A DNA stretch of 64,000 nucleotides from Monocercomonoides exilis PA203. Its lineage: Eukaryota; Protista; Preaxostyla. The position numbers and the translations under genes are program-made. Position 1 is the first letter of the stretch, and each line of letters opens with the position of its first letter. Of the stretch, positions 1 to 13,261 are shown one piece after another. The DNA lies in contig LSRY02000020.1 in assembly GCA_001643675.2 (NCBI GenBank), positions 62,001 to 126,000 on the forward strand, written 5' to 3'. Below the pieces are notes generated by a model, which saw only the letters and a program-made list of their open reading frames with translations, searched no databases and was not told the DNA's origin.

Positions 1-996
1 TTGGTGACTTCTGCAACGGTCATACATTACAAAAGTAGAACCTTGTAGATAAAAGGGAAATTTTAAAGCCAAAATTGTTTCTCTCTCTCTCTCTCTTTCT
101 TTCTCTCTTCCTATTCTTTCTTTAAATAATAATTGTTGCGACTGCATTAATTACTTTTGATGTTATTTTTTTTCTCTTACATTATCTTTTTTAAAGAACA
201 TTTCGAGTTAAAATTATTTGTTTTTAAATATTTAGTTTTTGATTTATTGTTGCAGCTCTGTTTTCAATTTGTAATCTGTCAAGTTTTGTTCATGCAAAGG
301 TTTTTTTGACATGAGATCTTCTTCTTTTTTTGATTTTTGTTTCAAAATGATTATGTTGTTATGTTCCAAACGGTGAAATATTTATCTGCTCAAGAAAAAA
401 ACAAAACATATCAGCATATATTCCTCTTCAAACATTATTTTTCGGGTTTTTGCACAATATTTCAATAGACAATTATTAAATGTATTCATTAAATGTTTAT
501 TGAAATATGAAAATAAAACATGATTATCTTTTACAAATTGATGGGAAATGTTTCAGATTATTCAGAGGTTTTCAAAAAAAAAGAATTAGATTCGTTTTCA
601 ATTTAATAAATTGCTACTAGATCATCATTTTTGCAAAACAATATAACAAAGTGAAATTTTACATATGATATAAAAAATGTGTATAAAATAAGATTCGAAA
701 TAAGACACCAGTATTTTTATATTTTTATATTAAAAAAAAAATTATATAAAATATGTAACTTTATACAATGCACAATCAAGAGAAATGCAATGTAAACAAT
801 TTCGGTTATGAATCAACTTGACTAACACAAAAGAACAGAAAGATTTCGGTTCTTTCAGCAAGTTGAGCAACTCCTTTTCTAACATTCTGATTGTAATAAG
901 CAATCGCAGCGAAGTTCAATGAAGTGTTATTATTTAACCAAAAGATAATAAATCCAAAAAAATACACATAAACTAAAACTTGTGATCACATATTGA

Positions 997-3693
997 TTAA
1001 ATAGGATAAGACAATGCAGAAGTTGAAGATGAAGGAATGTCGGTGGATGATTCTTGTGTGAGCTGATCTGCAGAAATTGTTGCATTTGAAGAAGACACAG
1101 CTTCCTTTCCCATCAAATTTTGGGATTTTTCATTTGCATCTTCTGAAGCAACTTCAGAACTTAAACCTATTGCTTTATTATCACCGCCTTCTTCATCTTC
1201 TTGCTGTTCATCTGCTTTATCATCATCCTCCTCTTCCTCTTCCTCTTCCTCTTTTTCATTCTCACTTTCAGATGTGCCTTCGCTCGAATCTTCTTCACCT
1301 TCTGTGTTTTCGTCTCGCTTTTTCCTGAGTCGTTCTTCTAAAAGTTTTAATTTCTTTTCCATTTCTCTTTGCTTCGCTCTTTCTATCAACTTCTCCCTCA
1401 ATTGTTTCTTCAGTCGTTCTGTCTCTAACAGATCTTCTTCATCTTCCTCTTCTTCCTCTTCTTCCTCCTCCTCCTCCTCCTCTTCCTCCCATTCTTCTTC
1501 TTCCCACTCTTCCTCTTCTTCTTCCTCCTCCTCTTCGTCATCTTCTTCTGACTCAGACTCAGACTCCGACTCAGATTCAGATTCTGATTCTGATTCTTTC
1601 CTGTCTTCCTCATGGCCAACGTGTGCATCAACCCTTTCTGATGCCTCCTCTGCCACACTCTGATCAGATGCATACACTTTGTCTTCAACACTCTCAATCG
1701 TCGCCTCCACAGCCTTCGGCCACACTTCCACAGACTCGTCTTCATACACCTCAACAGAACCCCACTGAAGCCTTTTCATTTCTCTTCGGACAACTTCGAT
1801 CGGCAGCTGCAATTTGTCCTCGCTTTTCCCTTTGCCAAGTGAAGAATACGTTGAAAACTGAGCAATCGAAGAAGCTCTTGAATGGGAGCGGACAGACTCC
1901 TCTTTCGTGTCCTTCTTCGTTTCAGAACGATGTTTGTGTGACTTTTTGCTTCTTTTGCTGTGTTTGCGATCGGATTTAGAGCTGCCTGACTCGCTGTCTT
2001 CGCCTGACGACTCGTTGGATTTTCTAGTTTTTCTCTTTGATGTGCTGCCTCTATCGCTATCTTCGCTGTCACTCCCCCCATGTTTTGAGTGCGTGCCATG
2101 CCGATGGCGATGGTGGCGGTGGTGATGTTTCGAGCTTTTGCTGCGTTTGTGGTGCTTGTGGTGCTTCTTCGTTTTCCGATGCTCATCATCATCGGTGTCG
2201 CTGTTGCTTGATTCTCCTCTTTTTTCTCTTCCTTCGCTCTTCTTTTTCTTCTTTGCAGCTTCGCGATCTTTCGTCTTTTCCTGCTTTCCTTCCTTCACAT
2301 CCTTCCCAGATGTCTCTGCTCCCTCCTTTTCACCCTGGAACCATCTGATAGACGCTTCCTTCTCATCCAGCTTCAGCAGCCCATACTGCACAGCAACACG
2401 AGCCATCCAAAGCTCAGCAAATCGCACAACCATCAGCTCAACATCCAGCTCTCCCTTTTCGTCTTTCCCCTCAGCCGCAGAAGCTCCTGCCATTGACTGC
2501 GCTCCTGCGAAGCCTTGCCTCGAACTAGCTCCCTGAATTCCTCTGCCACTCCTGCCTCTTGCTTCGTTCTTTGCGGATTGGGTCTTTGTGCCCATTTCGC
2601 GCTCTTTCTTCTTCGCCTCTCTTTCTCTCATCGCCCGTTTGGGCTCCAACGCGTCCAGTTCCCTCTTCGTAAGGCTTGTCGAGTCAACCACAATTCCCTT
2701 TCCGCTCCAGCAGCACAACGTCTTTTCTCTTTTGCGTTGCGGGTGGTCTTCAGAAAGAAGAGAAATTTTAATAAACGGCATATTGCAAATCATATCCCAA
2801 ATTCTTGATCTGTCAAGTTTTTTCAATGGCTCATGTGCTGGAATATGAGGCGCTTCCTTTCCTGCAAATGGAGTAGAATAGGAAGAAAACTTCGATTTTG
2901 CTTTTGGTGTTGGTTTTGGCTGCCTGCTAAGTTTATCTGCCTCTTCAATTATTGTAACGAGTAATGTAATAATGCTTTTCTCGTTAATTTGATTGCGAGG
3001 ATCTTTATGAGTAATCACAACAATTGGATCGTGTGGACGAGTAAAACTAATTGCATCTCCCCGAATTTTCGATGAAACATTTGAAGATGAAGATTTTGCG
3101 GAATTAGAAGCAATGGGTTGTTTCTGTTCATTATCTTTTGTCTGAGATGAAGAAACATTTGAAGAACCCGGAGATGAATAAGAAGAAAAAGAAGCAGATG
3201 CTTTGGATACAACGACAGATGCAAATGCTGGTGGTTGGGGAAAAAGAGGAGGAAGTGCCGAAGGTTGAATTTTCGTCACGCGATGATGGGCTCGAGTTGA
3301 TTTTTCTTGCTTTTTTCCAGGCAATTCTACGGCAACTGCTCCTTTCAATTTATCTGGCACATTGCATTCTGCTTGTGAAAAAATATGGAGATGTTCTGAA
3401 ATGATGGAGAATGGATATTTTTTCTTATCTTCTTTTCCGATAACAAATGACTGGGAAAATATAGAAGGGAATTCGTCTTCTTTTTTAATCCATCCTCCAA
3501 TGGATATGTGGTAAAATTCTAAAAACGAGGCAATTTGCTCCTCTGAATGAATTACTTCAGCTTTCTTTTCATTCTCAAATTCAGCTCTTATATCTTCAAT
3601 CCCCACTCGATGGACAGTATTTTTATTACATTCTATAACTCTTATAGCGTTTTCTGCATAAAGATCGACCAATTCTAACGGATTTGTATCCAA
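997..3693 (-). CDS. Hypothetical protein, large terminal exon; Lys/Ser/His-rich and poly-Glu low-complexity C-terminus; probably more exons upstream to ~3990
   Basis: 898-codon ORF, GC-richer than flanks; a TTAG acceptor near 3677 suggests the ORF start is not the true start; no family recognised. Confidence 0.75.
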   Translation of the reverse strand: MDTNPLELVDLYAENAIRVIECNKNTVHRVGIEDIRAEFENEKKAEVIHSEEQIASFLEFYHISIGGWIKKEDEFPSIFSQSFVIGKEDKKKYPFSIISEHLHIFSQAECNVPDKLKGAVAVELPGKKQEKSTRAHHRVTKIQPSALPPLFPQPPAFASVVVSKASASFSSYSSPGSSNVSSSQTKDNEQKQPIASNSAKSSSSNVSSKIRGDAISFTRPHDPIVVITHKDPRNQINEKSIITLLVTIIEEADKLSRQPKPTPKAKSKFSSYSTPFAGKEAPHIPAHEPLKKLDRSRIWDMICNMPFIKISLLSEDHPQRKREKTLCCWSGKGIVVDSTSLTKRELDALEPKRAMREREAKKKEREMGTKTQSAKNEARGRSGRGIQGASSRQGFAGAQSMAGASAAEGKDEKGELDVELMVVRFAELWMARVAVQYGLLKLDEKEASIRWFQGEKEGAETSGKDVKEGKQEKTKDREAAKKKKKSEGREKRGESSNSDTDDDEHRKTKKHHKHHKRSKSSKHHHRHHRHRHGTHSKHGGSDSEDSDRGSTSKRKTRKSNESSGEDSESGSSKSDRKHSKRSKKSHKHRSETKKDTKEESVRSHSRASSIAQFSTYSSLGKGKSEDKLQLPIEVVRREMKRLQWGSVEVYEDESVEVWPKAVEATIESVEDKVYASDQSVAEEASERVDAHVGHEEDRKESESESESESESESESEEDDEEEEEEEEEEWEEEEWEEEEEEEEEEEEEEEDEEDLLETERLKKQLREKLIERAKQREMEKKLKLLEERLRKKRDENTEGEEDSSEGTSESENEKEEEEEEEEDDDKADEQQEDEEGGDNKAIGLSSEVASEDANEKSQNLMGKEAVSSSNATISADQLTQESSTDIPSSSTSALSYPI

Positions 3694-5382
3694 TAAATGA
3701 AAATAGCATTGAACAAAATCTTTTCCAAATGTTTGTCCTTCTGCAATCTTTTCCTATATAATTTATAATAAAAAATAATGTTCCACTTTTTAATGAAAAG
3801 CATACATTTTGTTCCATTGAGCTCAGAAAAAAAATTTTTGATCAACTTGATCGATAAAAACCATTTTCGCATACATGTGTTTTTACAGAAAAACACAAGA
3901 AACTGATAAAAGTGTATTGTTACAGTGCTCAAGAAACATGTGTCTCATTTAATGATGAGGATTATTTGACAGGATGAGGAGGAGAGGAAGTGATTTGTTC
4001 ACAAGAACAGACTTCTTTTAAAAAGCACCAGAAAATGAAGGAATAACAAAACAAAATGTTTATTTGAATATTCCCACTTCTTTTCCTTTTTTTGGCGAAC
4101 ACATGCGCAAGAAGCATTTTCAGTCATCTACTCTGTCCTTGAGAAGTATGCTTTCTATTATTTGTAACTCAAATCTCTTTTTTATGTATATCGCCCACAC
4201 TAAAACATAAGTTAATATTGTTTGAAAACTTAAATTTTATTAACCATTGATTTCATATACAATTATTTCGAGAAAAGATTTTGAGATTCAACTCGGCTGG
4301 ACAATGCAAAGATTCAAAGAAAGATATAGATAATCAACTTCATTATTAACATAATCCAATTTGCATTTCATTTATTGTTTTGGAATGAACAAGTGATCTG
4401 GTGATTTGATTGAAAAAGTTGAAGTGAAGGGAAATGGAAACAAAATGAGTTTTCATGAAAAAGAAAGAGGAATGGTGAAACAAATGAACAATAAATTCAA
4501 TTTGAAGCACAAACAAGTCATTTAAGAGAATGAAAAGATAAATTCTGTTCGAAGATGAGCATTAACCATTTCTATTTGATGTTATTTTGAATTGATCTGT
4601 TTTAAATACTGAAAGCTTTTGAGAACCAAATGAATTTGAGTCTATCGCTTACATCATCGTCATGTCTGTTTCAGCAAATGTTTAAAGATATTGTAATGAC
4701 ATGTATAGAAAATAAATTGGGGTCGTCAGCAAAGAGTTTCCCTTCATTTTTTGTTTAAAAGCTCAATCTCGTTGTTTCTGAATGAAGTGAGTAACTGTGG
4801 TCGGGATTTTTAATTCTCTCTCAAATGAAAAGTTGAAGCATTTGCTTGATGAGTTTGTGAATGAGAAAGAATGAAAAACAGAAAGGAAGGAGAGATTTAA
4901 TGATGGATGATCATAACTGTGCCTGCAATGAACGAATGGAGTTGAGAAAGCGAAGTGAGAGAAGGGGTATTTTGGATGGCTCCCTATCAGAAACACCAAC
5001 AAATGAAAAGAAATATACTGGGAAGAGATTCATGAAGGAAAAGATAACCGAACGAAACTCTTCATACGAAAAAGAAACGAAAAGGATTCTTTTCATGAAA
5101 AACAATAACAATTCGTTTTAAGATGAGGTGCATCATTGTTGATGCTTCAGAATGTGAATTGTTTTTCTCGAAATGAGAGAAATTATATTCTATTTGTAAT
5201 GATGATTGAAAAGAAATGATCATTGGTAGTTGAAAAATGCAGTGGTGTTTATATCCATTGGAATTGGCAGAAAAGCATCATTAATCTTCACTTTTATTTC
5301 AGTAACAATTTCATGTGAATTTCACTCATAAACATCGACTCTAGAAAAAACCACTGAGAATTCTTACCCATCAACTCGAAAT

Positions 5383-6270
5383 TTATTTTTTTGAATTTCT
5401 CAGATTTTTTGTGTTCATGTTCATTTTTTCATCGAATGCAGACTCTTTCTCAATCTTCATATTCATCTTTATTCTTTCAACAATGTGTGATTCAACTTGT
5501 AATGGATTATTATCTCCAAATGGGATATCAAGCGTCAGACATTCCCACAGCATCATTCCTATCGAAAACACAACCGTCTTCTTCGTTGCTTGCTTTTTTG
5601 TTCCATTCATCAGTTCAGGCGCCTTCCACCTCATGCACTCTGTCCTGTTGTCTTCCTCATCTTCAAAGGCAGATGAAGGAGGTGAATTTCTGTTATAGTT
5701 ATTCACAACCGAGCAATCAGATGAAGATGTGATTATCGTTGAGGCTGACGAAATAGATGAAGAATCTGAATCTGATGAAAAGTCGGAATGCATCGCAACG
5801 CAGATGACCATGTGTTCGGAGAACAGTACAATGAGAGGACTCAGATTGGTAAGAGAAGAAAGAGGATTATCCATTTCATCAAATGAGTGGAGCGCGAGAT
5901 TAGCCACCCAGAACAGGATTTGAGCAGCTGTCATCTCTCTCTCCTGAAGAGTTCCGATTGCCATCTCTTTCTTCTCATTTTTCCCATGAAGAAGCATGAA
6001 CAATGAATCCCTCAGATCCACAATCAGCTTTTCATGTGGTGATGAGCAGGCCATTGCATCCACCAGATTCGACATCGATGAAGTGGTTGGGCACAGACTT
6101 TCCGATCGAACAAATGTGGATTCTGTGTCTGATGTGTCTGTGGTTGAAGTGGGTGAAATGGATGGTGAAGGAGTTCTCTTTCTTGTCTCTTCTTCTTCTA
6201 TTTCATTCTTCTGTGGTTTCCATTCTGGAATCTTACTTTTCACTTTCTTCAGATAAAAAATTTTTGTCAT
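5383..6270 (-). pseudogene. Truncated C-terminal pseudokinase-like region of a repeated membrane-protein family
   Basis: Near-identical blocks to 14726-15829 (SSMSNLVDAMACSSPHEKLIVDLRDSLFMLLHG; RWKAPEL; FSIGMMLWECLTL resembling kinase subdomains VIII-IX); no HRD/DFG; both ends degenerate. Confidence 0.75.
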
Positions 6271-7056
6271 TATTCATATGGGAGAAGACAAAATCAAATC
6301 ATTTTCGATTATCAAGAGTCGTGCCCATTTTTTTGAAAGGTTTTTTTTTAACTTTCTCTCTCAACCTCTCACTTTTTTGATCTTCTATTTCCTCCAATTG
6401 AATGATTAATTATCTTTTCGAATCCTTCATCACTTTGATATTCATATTTCAATAAATTCTTCCACGCAACAAATTTTCTTCTAAAAATTCGACAAAAAGA
6501 CAAATTCTTGTTGAATAATCAATTAAAGTTTGGTTCAAACAATTTGTTATCTGAATAAAGAAAATGCTATGTGTTATGTATTACCTGCTTTTCTATTTTT
6601 GTTGTCACTTTGTTTGCTCTTTCGAACAATTTGATTCATGTGTTTAAAGATTATCAATAATTGAAGAAAACAACTCTATCACATGTATTCTTTTCTTTGA
6701 CGCAATGATGACCTTTAGCATATTTGTTATTATCTCCTTTTATTAAATCTGATTCTCAAAAAATAATTTTTCTATCACCTAATTTCATGTCAAAAGCAGT
6801 GTTTTGTCTGTGACAGTCTCACATAATCTTGCTCCATTTTTACTAACAAATTTTGAAATTAAATTAATAAAATTTTTTATCAAACAACACAAATTATAGT
6901 TAATTGTTTCTCTTAAAGTTTCTGACTGGAAAGATATTTGATGGGAAAATATATTCTTTTTTTTTTTTTTTGTAAAATTGAATACCATTGTGTTGAAGAT
7001 GAAAAATTATTTTTATAGCAAGGAAAAAGTTTTAAACCATAATAAAAACAATTTCA

Positions 7057-8423
7057 ATGATGAACTCAAGAATGTTTAAATTACTTACTCATCCAAGAAA
7101 ACGTTTGTCAAAGTATCAGAACTTAGATGACGTGTGAAGAGTATTGCATAAATAAATTTAATATTAAAATCTGATTGTTCATTAGGCCGTGGAACTTATC
7201 CGAAATAGTCAAAGAATTGTTGTATTAAGCGGTGCTGGAATTTCAGTGTCGTGCGGAATTCCTGATTTTAGATCAAAAGGTGGATTTTATAGCAGGCTTG
7301 CAGATGAAGGAATCGAACCTCCAGAGAAAGTTTTCGATATAGAATATTTTTCGGAAGATCCTAGTCTATTTTACAAATACGGAGGATTGATCATGCCTAC
7401 AAAGTTTACTCCTTCATTAACTCATCGCTTTATTGCGAAATTAGATCAGGAAGGTAAACTTCTCAAAAACTATACACAAAATATAGATAATTTAGAAGTT
7501 GATGTGTGAATATTTTATTTTTTCAAAAATAAGCAGAAAGAATTGAACAACATGTATGCTACTCTTTATTTAATATCATTTAGGCAGGTGCTGTGCACGT
7601 TCGGCATTGCCATGGAACAATGGGTAAAGCAACTTGCATGAAGTGTGGAAAAGAAATTTCAGTTACAGAGATTCGTTCGGAATTGGAAAAGGGTGAAATT
7701 GCTTATTGCAAGTATTGCACGGATAAAGAGCCCGGAGTTATGAAGCCAAATGTTGTATTTTTTGGTGAAGCATTGCCTAGCGAATATTTTTCTGAATGGG
7801 AAGAAGATCAAGGCAAATGTGATTTGATGATTGTGGTTGGCACATCCCTAAAAGTTACACCAGTTGCTACAATGATTGCTGATGTTGCTTATGAAGTGCC
7901 TCAGATGCTTGTTAATCGTGAAAAAGCTGGTCCAAAAGACCATTTTGACATGTATTTGCTTGGAAATTGTGACGATGTGTTTGGAGAAATTGCAAAGAGG
8001 TTGGGTTGGGATTTAACGCCTGCGTCAAACAAACCTCAAGAAAAGAAGACAGAGTCAACAATAAAAGTCGAAGAAATTGCTAAAGAAGTTATTCTCAAAG
8101 AAGAAAAGGTTGAAAAAGATGAAGGATTAAAAGCAAAAGAAGTCAATTCTGAAGAAAAAGTGGAGGAAAGCACAATATCTTCTTCAACTTCGTCGTCTTC
8201 TGTTCCATCAGTCAATGAAACAGAACACAAAGAAAAGACCGTTACAATTACATTTATTGAGCCTAATACCACAATATTTAGAGGTGTGTGCAGCTGTTCT
8301 TTTTAACTTCAAATTTTTTCGCTTTCTTTTCATATTACCACATCAATTATCACATTTACATAAACTTTATTTTCTTCTCTTTCTCTTTCTCTTTCTCTTT
8401 CTCTTTCTCTTTCTCTTTCTCTT

Positions 8424-8457
<34 letters not shown>

Positions 8458-8621
8458 CTTTCTCCTTTCCTTTCTTTTTTATTCTTCATGCAGGTGATGA
8501 TGATCTTGAAATGCTTGAGAAAGAGATCTCTGCACTTTCTATAAAAGCTTCAAAGGATGCAAAGCCAATTCAACCAGAAGAAAAAGCATTGAAAGCAGAA
8601 GACGAAAAGAAAGATAATTAG
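7057..8621 (+). CDS. SIR2: NAD-dependent deacetylase, Sir2/SIRT1-like sirtuin, 4 exons
   Basis: GAGISVSCGIPDFRS, YTQNID, HCHG, CxxC..CxxC, KPNVVFFGE, GTSLKV; introns 7132-7185, 7504-7583 and 8284-8493 (GT-AG) restore the frame; TAG stop at 8619-8621. Confidence 0.95.
8376..8450. repeat. (TCTTTC)n microsatellite in Sir2 intron 3
   Basis: Direct tandem hexamer repeat. Confidence 0.9.
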
Positions 8622-9075
8622 AAAAGCATATGTTCTTATTGTAATAATTTTTGAAAATTATTTTTCCTTTTGAAAACTGATAGTTTTATTTCTGCTTTTT
8701 AAAGTTTTGGTTTGAGCTGAATTTTTAAACAGAAAATTTTCATTTAAAGAAGTATTGCTGAAGTTGAAATGTGATTGCTTCAAAAACAAAAAATCATTAA
8801 CTTAGAACAACAAATGTGTAAAAACTAACATCCCAAAAACCAGCAGCCATAATAAAAAAGGAATCAGTGCATCTAAACTATGCACAAATATATAATTTGC
8901 AATCCAAAAACAATAATTCACAAATTTCGCTCGTAAAACTATCGTCTCTAATTAAAAAGGAAAGAAATGAAATGTGATAAAAAACAGAAATTTCATAAGA
9001 TTTACAAGCTAAGCTATAAAAAGATTTCAAAGATTTTAAAAGTAATAAATATTACACATAGAATAAATCTGTATT

Positions 9076-10786
9076 TCAGCTCAAATAGCGAAGGAGCAAT
9101 GCTTTATTCACGGATTTTTCTGCAGTTAATAATTTTGTAGTGTAATTTCTCATTTTATTAAGTGATTCATCATGCACGTCGGCCCAAAAGAAATAAGTTA
9201 ATATAACAAATAAAATAAATCCAGCCAAGACAATCAAATAAAGCGGTATAAAATAGAAGCAAAAGTGCCCTTGCATAACATGATCCATGCGAAGTGTTAG
9301 AAGAAATGATTGTAAAAACACGAATGAAAACGAGAGGATATTAATTGTCCATTTTAAGCATGTCTCGTCATCCAAATCAAAAAGGTCCTCATAGTTTAAC
9401 ATAATGATTACCAATAGCAAAGACACATACATTGGTATCATTGCAATAGTCCAACTGTATGATACAATGCCTGTGAAGACAATTAATTGACAAAGAAAAA
9501 AAAAAAAAATCAAAAAGAAAAAGGAAATGTATTGAAATTAAAAAGCAAATAAATAATCTGAAAATTTTTATTAACAATGATGCTTATTCATACCATCAGC
9601 TTTAAATATTACGAGTAAGAAAGAAGCAAAAGAGCTTAATACAGAACCTGGAAGCAACACAAAGTTCGTTAGCCATTCGAATTCTTCAGAAAAAAAGTTG
9701 AAAATGCAAAAGACTATCAGAGCAAGATATAAAAGCTCATAAGGAATTAGCGGAACAGAGAAGCTAATCTTCATCAAGCCATCCAACCACATTGCAGGCA
9801 AGAATAGAAAGACGGAAGCAAGCGAAAGAAGTGCTATAATGCATTCTGATTCTGCAATTGACATAGAAATTGAAGCAACAGAAATTCCAATACTAAATAC
9901 TACGCCACTAAAGGTAAATGAAACAAAGCTATGTGGCCTAGTTCCTTTTTCCAAAGCTTCAGCAGCAAACGGAATCATAACACCTCCTGCAAGTGCAAAT
10001 CCAACAATGGCAAGCAAAAAAATGTAAAAAACTCCCCAAGCTAACATGGATCTTACATATTTTGATTTACCATTGTTTTTTGATATTTGTTTATTTTGCT
10101 TGATAGAATGAATGGTTCTTAAATAAGCGCTTTTCAAACAAAAATAAATAAAGCGATAATAACAATACGCGTAAACAACTTAAGTTACATATTTTGAAAC
10201 AATTCATACAAAAAAGTACTTTTCCATCCTTTTTCGCTTAATCCATATTTTCCTAAACTTTTTTTGTTTGGCTGGACACCGCAAACGGACATAGATAGTG
10301 GTTGGATATTTGTTGAATTAAGCCCTATTATTTCTCTAAAAATGGGCATTGAACAAGCACATTGATTCATCCAAAGGCTGAGAATGTTCAACAAAAAATA
10401 AGTATAAAACAATTCATAATATAACTCAAACACTTCGTTTTGAATAAGATTTTTTAGCCTTTTGTTTACAAATTGAAGATTCAGTAATGTGTTGTAATCG
10501 CAATTTCCCAGAATTCTACCAAATCATTTCCACAATTCAAAATTCAATTGAAAAATAACAGAAGTCATAAAAATGCAAAAAAATATATTCTCAATAAGTT
10601 TGGAAAACAATGATGTTAAAATAGCAAACAGATTCAATACTTCATCTGGTAAATCGCCTTTAAAAAATATTTTCAAGCATTTTCATGAAATGATAAAAAT
10701 TGTTATTTAGAATATTAAAATCTCTAAAAACAAATAGTTTCATTTAGAACAACATTCATACATAGAGATATTTCATTACGCATCAT
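9076..10786 (-). CDS. F-box protein with a multi-pass membrane C-terminal domain (TMEM185-like WxxxxIP/FIPL motifs)
   Basis: Splicing short exons from ATG 10786 gives MMRNEISLCDLPDEVLNLILGNCDYNTLLNLQFVNKRLKNLIQNEVLW (F-box consensus); it continues into hydrophobic ORFs 9571-10137 and 9076-9513. Confidence 0.7.
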
Positions 10787-11366
10787 TTTTTAAGTGTAAG
10801 CCCAATCCTAAAATTCTTATAGTCCAGTTATATGTTTTCAATGAATTGCTCGTTGATCAATATGATCTTTGTGTTGTCATAAAAATAGGTAAATCATAAC
10901 AATAAAAAAAGTCATAACACAATTTGACAAAACATCATAGGTTCTTTTTGAGTGATGTGAAAATGAGTTTTAAAATTTTGTTTCTAAATTTTCATTTCTT
11001 GAGAGGAAAAAAATTAGTTACCGATATTTTTTATTTTAACTGATAGCATAAAAAAATTAATTCAGGATATTTCGCAGCAAATGCTAAAGACAAGAATGAC
11101 CTTAGTATTCTTCATGTGGGTGATTATTTTTGAAATCATAACTTTTTTCGAGATATCGATTTTTCAAAGATTGTTTTCTTTTGGGAAGAAATTTTCCATC
11201 CAAGTGCTAAAATAATCACAACTGTTTCAAAAACAAATGCATGATCTGAAATATTAATTAAGAGGTCTTGAATATGCCTGTTCGCTTTTCAGTGTTCATT
11301 TGTAAACATTTAAAAGAAATTTTCGAACCGAAATTTTTGAAAGAAAAAATATGTGTTCAAAAATAA

Positions 11367-11990
11367 TCACCCATATGTAATTTTGTTTTTGAATTCTCGC
11401 TTGTGACAGACAGTATCATGAGCGTAACCATAATCTTTCAATCTTGCATAAGTCTTCCATTCATCGCTTCTGATCCGAGTTCCAGGAAGAATTTTGGCTC
11501 GTTTTATTGGAACCAATGTCTCAGCCTTTCTATTTGGCACGATCATCACGAAGTTCTTCCCCGCACCTCCCTCTGGTTTCCTTTCCACAGTTCCAAATAT
11601 CCAAATTTGCCTCTTCTTTTTCCCTTGCCCACACTTTCTGTGCCTCCAAACCGCTTCGTCGATCTCCACAATTCTTCCTTGCCCTCCTATGGTAGCTTAA
11701 TTTTTTTTCCATATTGATGTGCATCTGACTCGAATAACACTCGTCCAATAATGTATTGTGTTTTCACTTATTCCAAGAAGTTCACAAATGTGTGCGGCTG
11801 ATATACCAATGTAATAACAAAAAACATTCATCAAAAACTTTCTCAGCGGTATTTCAGAATTTTCCAAAGATGTGTTTTTACAAACTGACTGTTTTTTGCC
11901 ACATTTTCCGCATCTCCAATATTAGAAATATTGCACTCCAGATGTGACTATCATTTTGCATTAATCATGTCTGCATTCTGGAGCTTCTCC
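11367..11990 (-). mobile_element. Decayed Merlin/IS1595 (ISXO2-like) transposase
   Basis: EIDE, WIFGTVER, VPNRKAETL, ILPGTRIRSDEW, HDTVCH motifs; upstream WRCGKCGK Zn-ribbon with stops; truncated before the NxIE catalytic motif. Confidence 0.85.
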
Positions 11991-13224
11991 TTCCAGCACA
12001 TTTTCGAAATACCATTTCCATGCACCCATATCATCAGAAAATATTTCGTTGAGTTCACAGATAAGTGTTTTTGTGAACATTCTTTGTGACAAAGACATTT
12101 GATGAATGTTTGATCAAACCCATAAATACTTGAAAATGACAATTTTTCAATAAAAAAAATAATATTTTTGACCACTTTCCGCATGTTTTTAAAAGATAAT
12201 AATTGCATAATAATTAATAAAAAATCATTATAAACAGAAATAAACGTATTCCAGGCGTTCCCATATCTTCAGGTCTTGCCAAACTTTTTTCGGATTGTTG
12301 ATTTTTCAAAAGGTTTATTTCTTTGGAGTGGAATTATCCATTCAAAAGAAAAAAATTTTAATAATTGTTTGAAATAACATTGATTAAGATTATACTCATT
12401 TTAAATTTGTCTTCGAATAAGAAATGACTTTTCGATGTTTATTTTTCAATATTCGAAATGATTTTTCAAACACAAATATTTGAACGAAAAAATATGGATT
12501 CAAAAATCATCACCCATTGGCTTTTCTTTTTGGAAAGTTGCAAATATTTAATTATGGGAATAATAAAAAAACTTCATATCTTTATCGAATTACTGTTCCC
12601 ACTCATAAATGAAAACAAGAATGAATATTAAGCATTGTCAATAAATGACCATGATGCTTTTGAATGCATATTTCTTGATTTTCTGATCAAAAAATAAATC
12701 CATTTCAAATACGCATTTATTTGTTTTTTTAACAGATAAGAATAAATAAACAAATATAAAACAACACTTTTAAAAAAATTAATCAAAAAAAAATTAGAAA
12801 TAGCGTTTTTGCTTTTTCATTCATCTCTCTGGTTTTTATGAAATTTAGTTATTTTAAATGTTCTTCCATCTTTGGAACAGTGAATCTCAGAAAAATAGTG
12901 GTCACATGTCATTTCATCTGCAATAACGGTTAAAGTGGAATCAATCTACACCTATTTCGATCACGCCCATTATATTTAAATTTATGTTATTTCCTATCTT
13001 AAACAAACTCTGAATTAAATAATTTCTAGTGTTATATGACTAATTGTTTTCGCGTTTTATTTGCAAGGGTTAAGAAAATGAAAAAAAGTTAGGGTTTTCC
13101 AAGAAAATCCATTTCTTTTTTTGAAAATTAACGATAAGAAAGAGATGATTTTAAATAGGCCTTTGCGACAACCAATTTTTTCGTTTTCCATGTCGGTCGA
13201 TTTTGCTTTCAGTTGTCGAGGATT

Positions 13225-13261
<37 letters not shown>

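Noticed and set aside
1077-2848. Many antisense and alternate-frame ORFs over the low-complexity gene (also across 31542-40731)
   Set aside because: Shadows of GC-richer, repetitive coding sequence on the opposite strand; no motifs.
10870-13050. TIRs for the Merlin relic
   Set aside because: Candidate ends near 10888 and 12995 match poorly and no TSD was found.
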